64,000 bases of DNA from an uncultured Gemmatimonadaceae bacterium (GTDB lineage Bacteria; Gemmatimonadota; Gemmatimonadetes; Gemmatimonadales; Gemmatimonadaceae). Shown here one piece after another: positions 61,996-64,000 of this stretch (position 1 is its first letter; each line of letters starts with the position of its first letter). Where the stretch lies: positions 352,001 to 416,000 of the forward strand of contig CAVXGK010000001.1 of NCBI GenBank assembly GCA_963761305.1. Direction: 5' to 3'. A program made the position numbers and the translations under genes. The notes beneath the pieces are model-generated. The model saw only the letters and a list, made by a program, of their open reading frames with translations. It was not told the DNA's origin and searched no databases.

Positions 61996-62713
61996 GACTA
62001 ACGGGCATCTTCGGCATGAGGGCATCGTGATCCGCCGCCTCACCGCGCTTCTCGCTTGTGCCGTGATCGTTGGCTGTTCGACGAGGCCGGATCGCCGCCC
62101 CGTTCAGGCTGACGGCGAAACTGCCGCGGACAGCATTCCCCTCGACTCCTGCGCGAAGCTCGATCAACTCGGAACTCCTCAAGCCAGGGTGCTTCAGCCC
62201 GGCGAAGTCATTCCCGGCCCTCAGCCAGGCTCTTGGGCCGACGTTAAGCGCGTCGCCTTCGGCGCCTTCAGCATCGAAGTGCCAGCAGTGACGACGCTGG
62301 GGCGAATCGATTCCGCATTCGTTTCCGTGGTCGACTTCCCTACCTGCCGGTATTTCTGCGGCATCAACGTCGACCTGGTTCATGATTCGGTCTACACATC
62401 TCTCGACGCGTACGTTGCGCACTGGCGAGATCTCGACACTGTCGGCGACCCGAACGCCGAGCGGTCAGGCCCCCCGCGTCCTATCAGAGTTGGTCCTGAC
62501 CGCGGTCTGGTGATGGAGACTCCGTGTGGCGATTGCGGATCTGAGGACCTCGTCGTAAAACGCGGCAATACTGTCGCGCACATCAGTTTCAGCATGGATG
62601 ACCGCGAGGGGAACCAACCCGGCGTGAGGTGCCGCCTGACGCGAGCCGCCACCACCTTCCGGTGGATTGATCCCAGGGCCGGCATCTCGGTGCGGTCATC
62701 TAACGAACGCTGA
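61994..62713 (+). CDS. Cassette Cys-rich lipoprotein
   Basis: Lipobox IVGC; CxxxC and CGDC; ends SNER inside the attC. Confidence 0.75.
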   Translation: MTNGHLRHEGIVIRRLTALLACAVIVGCSTRPDRRPVQADGETAADSIPLDSCAKLDQLGTPQARVLQPGEVIPGPQPGSWADVKRVAFGAFSIEVPAVTTLGRIDSAFVSVVDFPTCRYFCGINVDLVHDSVYTSLDAYVAHWRDLDTVGDPNAERSGPPRPIRVGPDRGLVMETPCGDCGSEDLVVKRGNTVAHISFSMDDREGNQPGVRCRLTRAATTFRWIDPRAGISVRSSNER

Positions 62714-62797
62714 AGCTGACAAGCGAGCCATTGATTGCGCTGCGCTTCGCGCAGCGACCTTTTATGATTCGCTTGCAGCTTAGCTAACGCGTTGGGC
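62698..62797 (+). other. attC site
   Basis: ATCTAAC-GAACGCTGAAGCTGAC...TGCAGCTTAGCTAACGC-GTTGGGC. Confidence 0.92.
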
Positions 62798-62812
62798 GGA
62801 CCACACGCATCT

Positions 62813-63316
62813 ATGGCAGTACGGTTGACCAAATCCGAATCCTACCTTCGTGAAGTCTGCCTGCGCCGAGCTCAGGTACCTGATTTCACTCGGTATCCCT
62901 TCGCGTTGCCGGCGGTTGTGCACCTGGAGTGCCTGGCATTTCCGCAACCCATCACGTTCCTCATTGGCGAGAACGGCTCTGGGAAATCGACGCTGCTCGA
63001 AGCCATCGCGGTCGCGCTGGGCTTCAATGCGGAAGGTGGCTCGCGCAATTTTCGTTTCGGTACTCGCGAATCGCACTCGGACCTCCACGCCTACCTGCGT
63101 CCGGTACGGGGCGTAAGTCGCTCTCGCGACGGATTCTTCCTTCGTGCGGAGAGCTATTACAACGTGGCGACCGAAATCGAGAACCTGGATCGAGTTCCTG
63201 GAGCGGGCCCACCGGTCGCTCCAGCGTACGGGCCACGTGCTCTCCATGAGCAGTCGCACGGCGAATCGTTTCTCGCGCTCCTCCAACATCGGTTTCGCGG
63301 CAACGGACTGTATTTG
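62813..63316 (+). pseudogene. Cassette AAA/ABC-type ATPase truncated at Walker B
   Basis: GENGSGKST, FFLRAES, SHGESF, NGLYL, with no DEPE following. Confidence 0.85.
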
Positions 63317-63711
63317 ATTCGCTCGGCGTGCGGGAACGGGAGGGGCCGCAGGACGACCGCATCGAGCGCGCCGAACACGGCGGTCGTCGCGCCAATGCCG
63401 AGCGCGAGCGTGGCGATGGCAACCAACGAGAATCCGGGTGCGCCGGCGAGCTGCCGCCATGCGAAGGTGAGATCCTGGCGCAATTCGTCACGATACTCGG
63501 CGCGGCGCGCGCGCCGGTCGCGCTCCTCGCCGAATCGCTGGCATTCCTCGCTCGCCGAGCGTGTGTCGCCAAATCGTCGCTCGGCCTCGGCGCGCGCTTG
63601 TTGTCGCGTCATGCCGGACTCCATCAGCTCGCGCGTGGTCATCTCGAGATGGAACGCGAGCTCCGTTTCCACCTCGTCGCGCACACTGCGGCGCCAGAAG
63701 GCCTGTTTCAT
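63317..63711 (-). pseudogene. 5' fragment of an ADOP-like permease
   Basis: ELAFHLEM..AERRFGD..QDLTFAWRQL..LRPLPF, then breaks off. Confidence 0.85.
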
Positions 63712-64000
63712 TCGGGAAGCAGCAACGGCGTAATCGCCGTCACGAAGCTCGCGAGCTCTTTCGTCTGGGCGCGCAGCTCGCGGCGGCCGGCGGTAGTGAT
63801 GGCGTAGACCTTGGCTTTTCGTCCGAGCTCCGAGGTGCCCCAGTCGGCCTCGATCAAGCCGTCGCGCTCCAGGCGGTAGAGGGCCGGGTACAGCGATCCT
63901 TCCTCGACCTGGAGCGAGTCTCCGGTTTGTTCGCGAATCCAGCGGACGATGGCGTAACCGTGCCGGGGACCGAACGAGAGGGTCTTGAGGATCAGGGCGT
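63708..64000 (-). CDS. PadR-family regulator (runs off the window)
   Basis: LILKTL..HGYAI..EEGSLYPALYRLE..W..RKAKVY. Confidence 0.88.
   Translation of the reverse strand, partial: ALILKTLSFGPRHGYAIVRWIREQTGDSLQVEEGSLYPALYRLERDGLIEADWGTSELGRKAKVYAITTAGRRELRAQTKELASFVTAITPLLLPE

Noticed and set aside
53894..62797. CRISPR array
   Set aside because: The repeats are ~100-bp imperfect hairpins separated by whole genes, which fits attC sites; no cas genes are visible.
62792..63733. 313-aa full-length ATPase
   Set aside because: The C-terminal part is the antisense of a permease fragment, and Walker B is missing.

Overview
GC-rich accessory region; the gene content suggests Gemmatimonadota or Acidobacteriota (inference). 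There are two layers. (1) A mosaic of PadR regulators with large duplicated MacB/FtsX-type ABC permeases (ADOP-like), two-component systems, amidohydrolases and lipoproteins, with many truncations, frameshifts and in-frame fusions. (2) At about 52.0-63.3 kb, a two-headed integron-like locus: two divergent attC cassette arrays, each starting at its own ~200-bp attI-like element. The two elements are inverted homologues (55789-55996 and 60790-60984), and each first cassette shows 11-bp reciprocal core complementarity. No intI is visible in the window. The 4.8 kb between the two sites instead holds a sigma-70/ECF-like gene and a divergent operon resembling a phage-free lysis or secretion module (holin-like proteins, amidase, spanin-like protein). 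A third, degenerate copy of the attI-like element lies at ~18.5 kb, with scattered attC remnants elsewhere. All product calls come from motif recognition by eye; no database searches were run.
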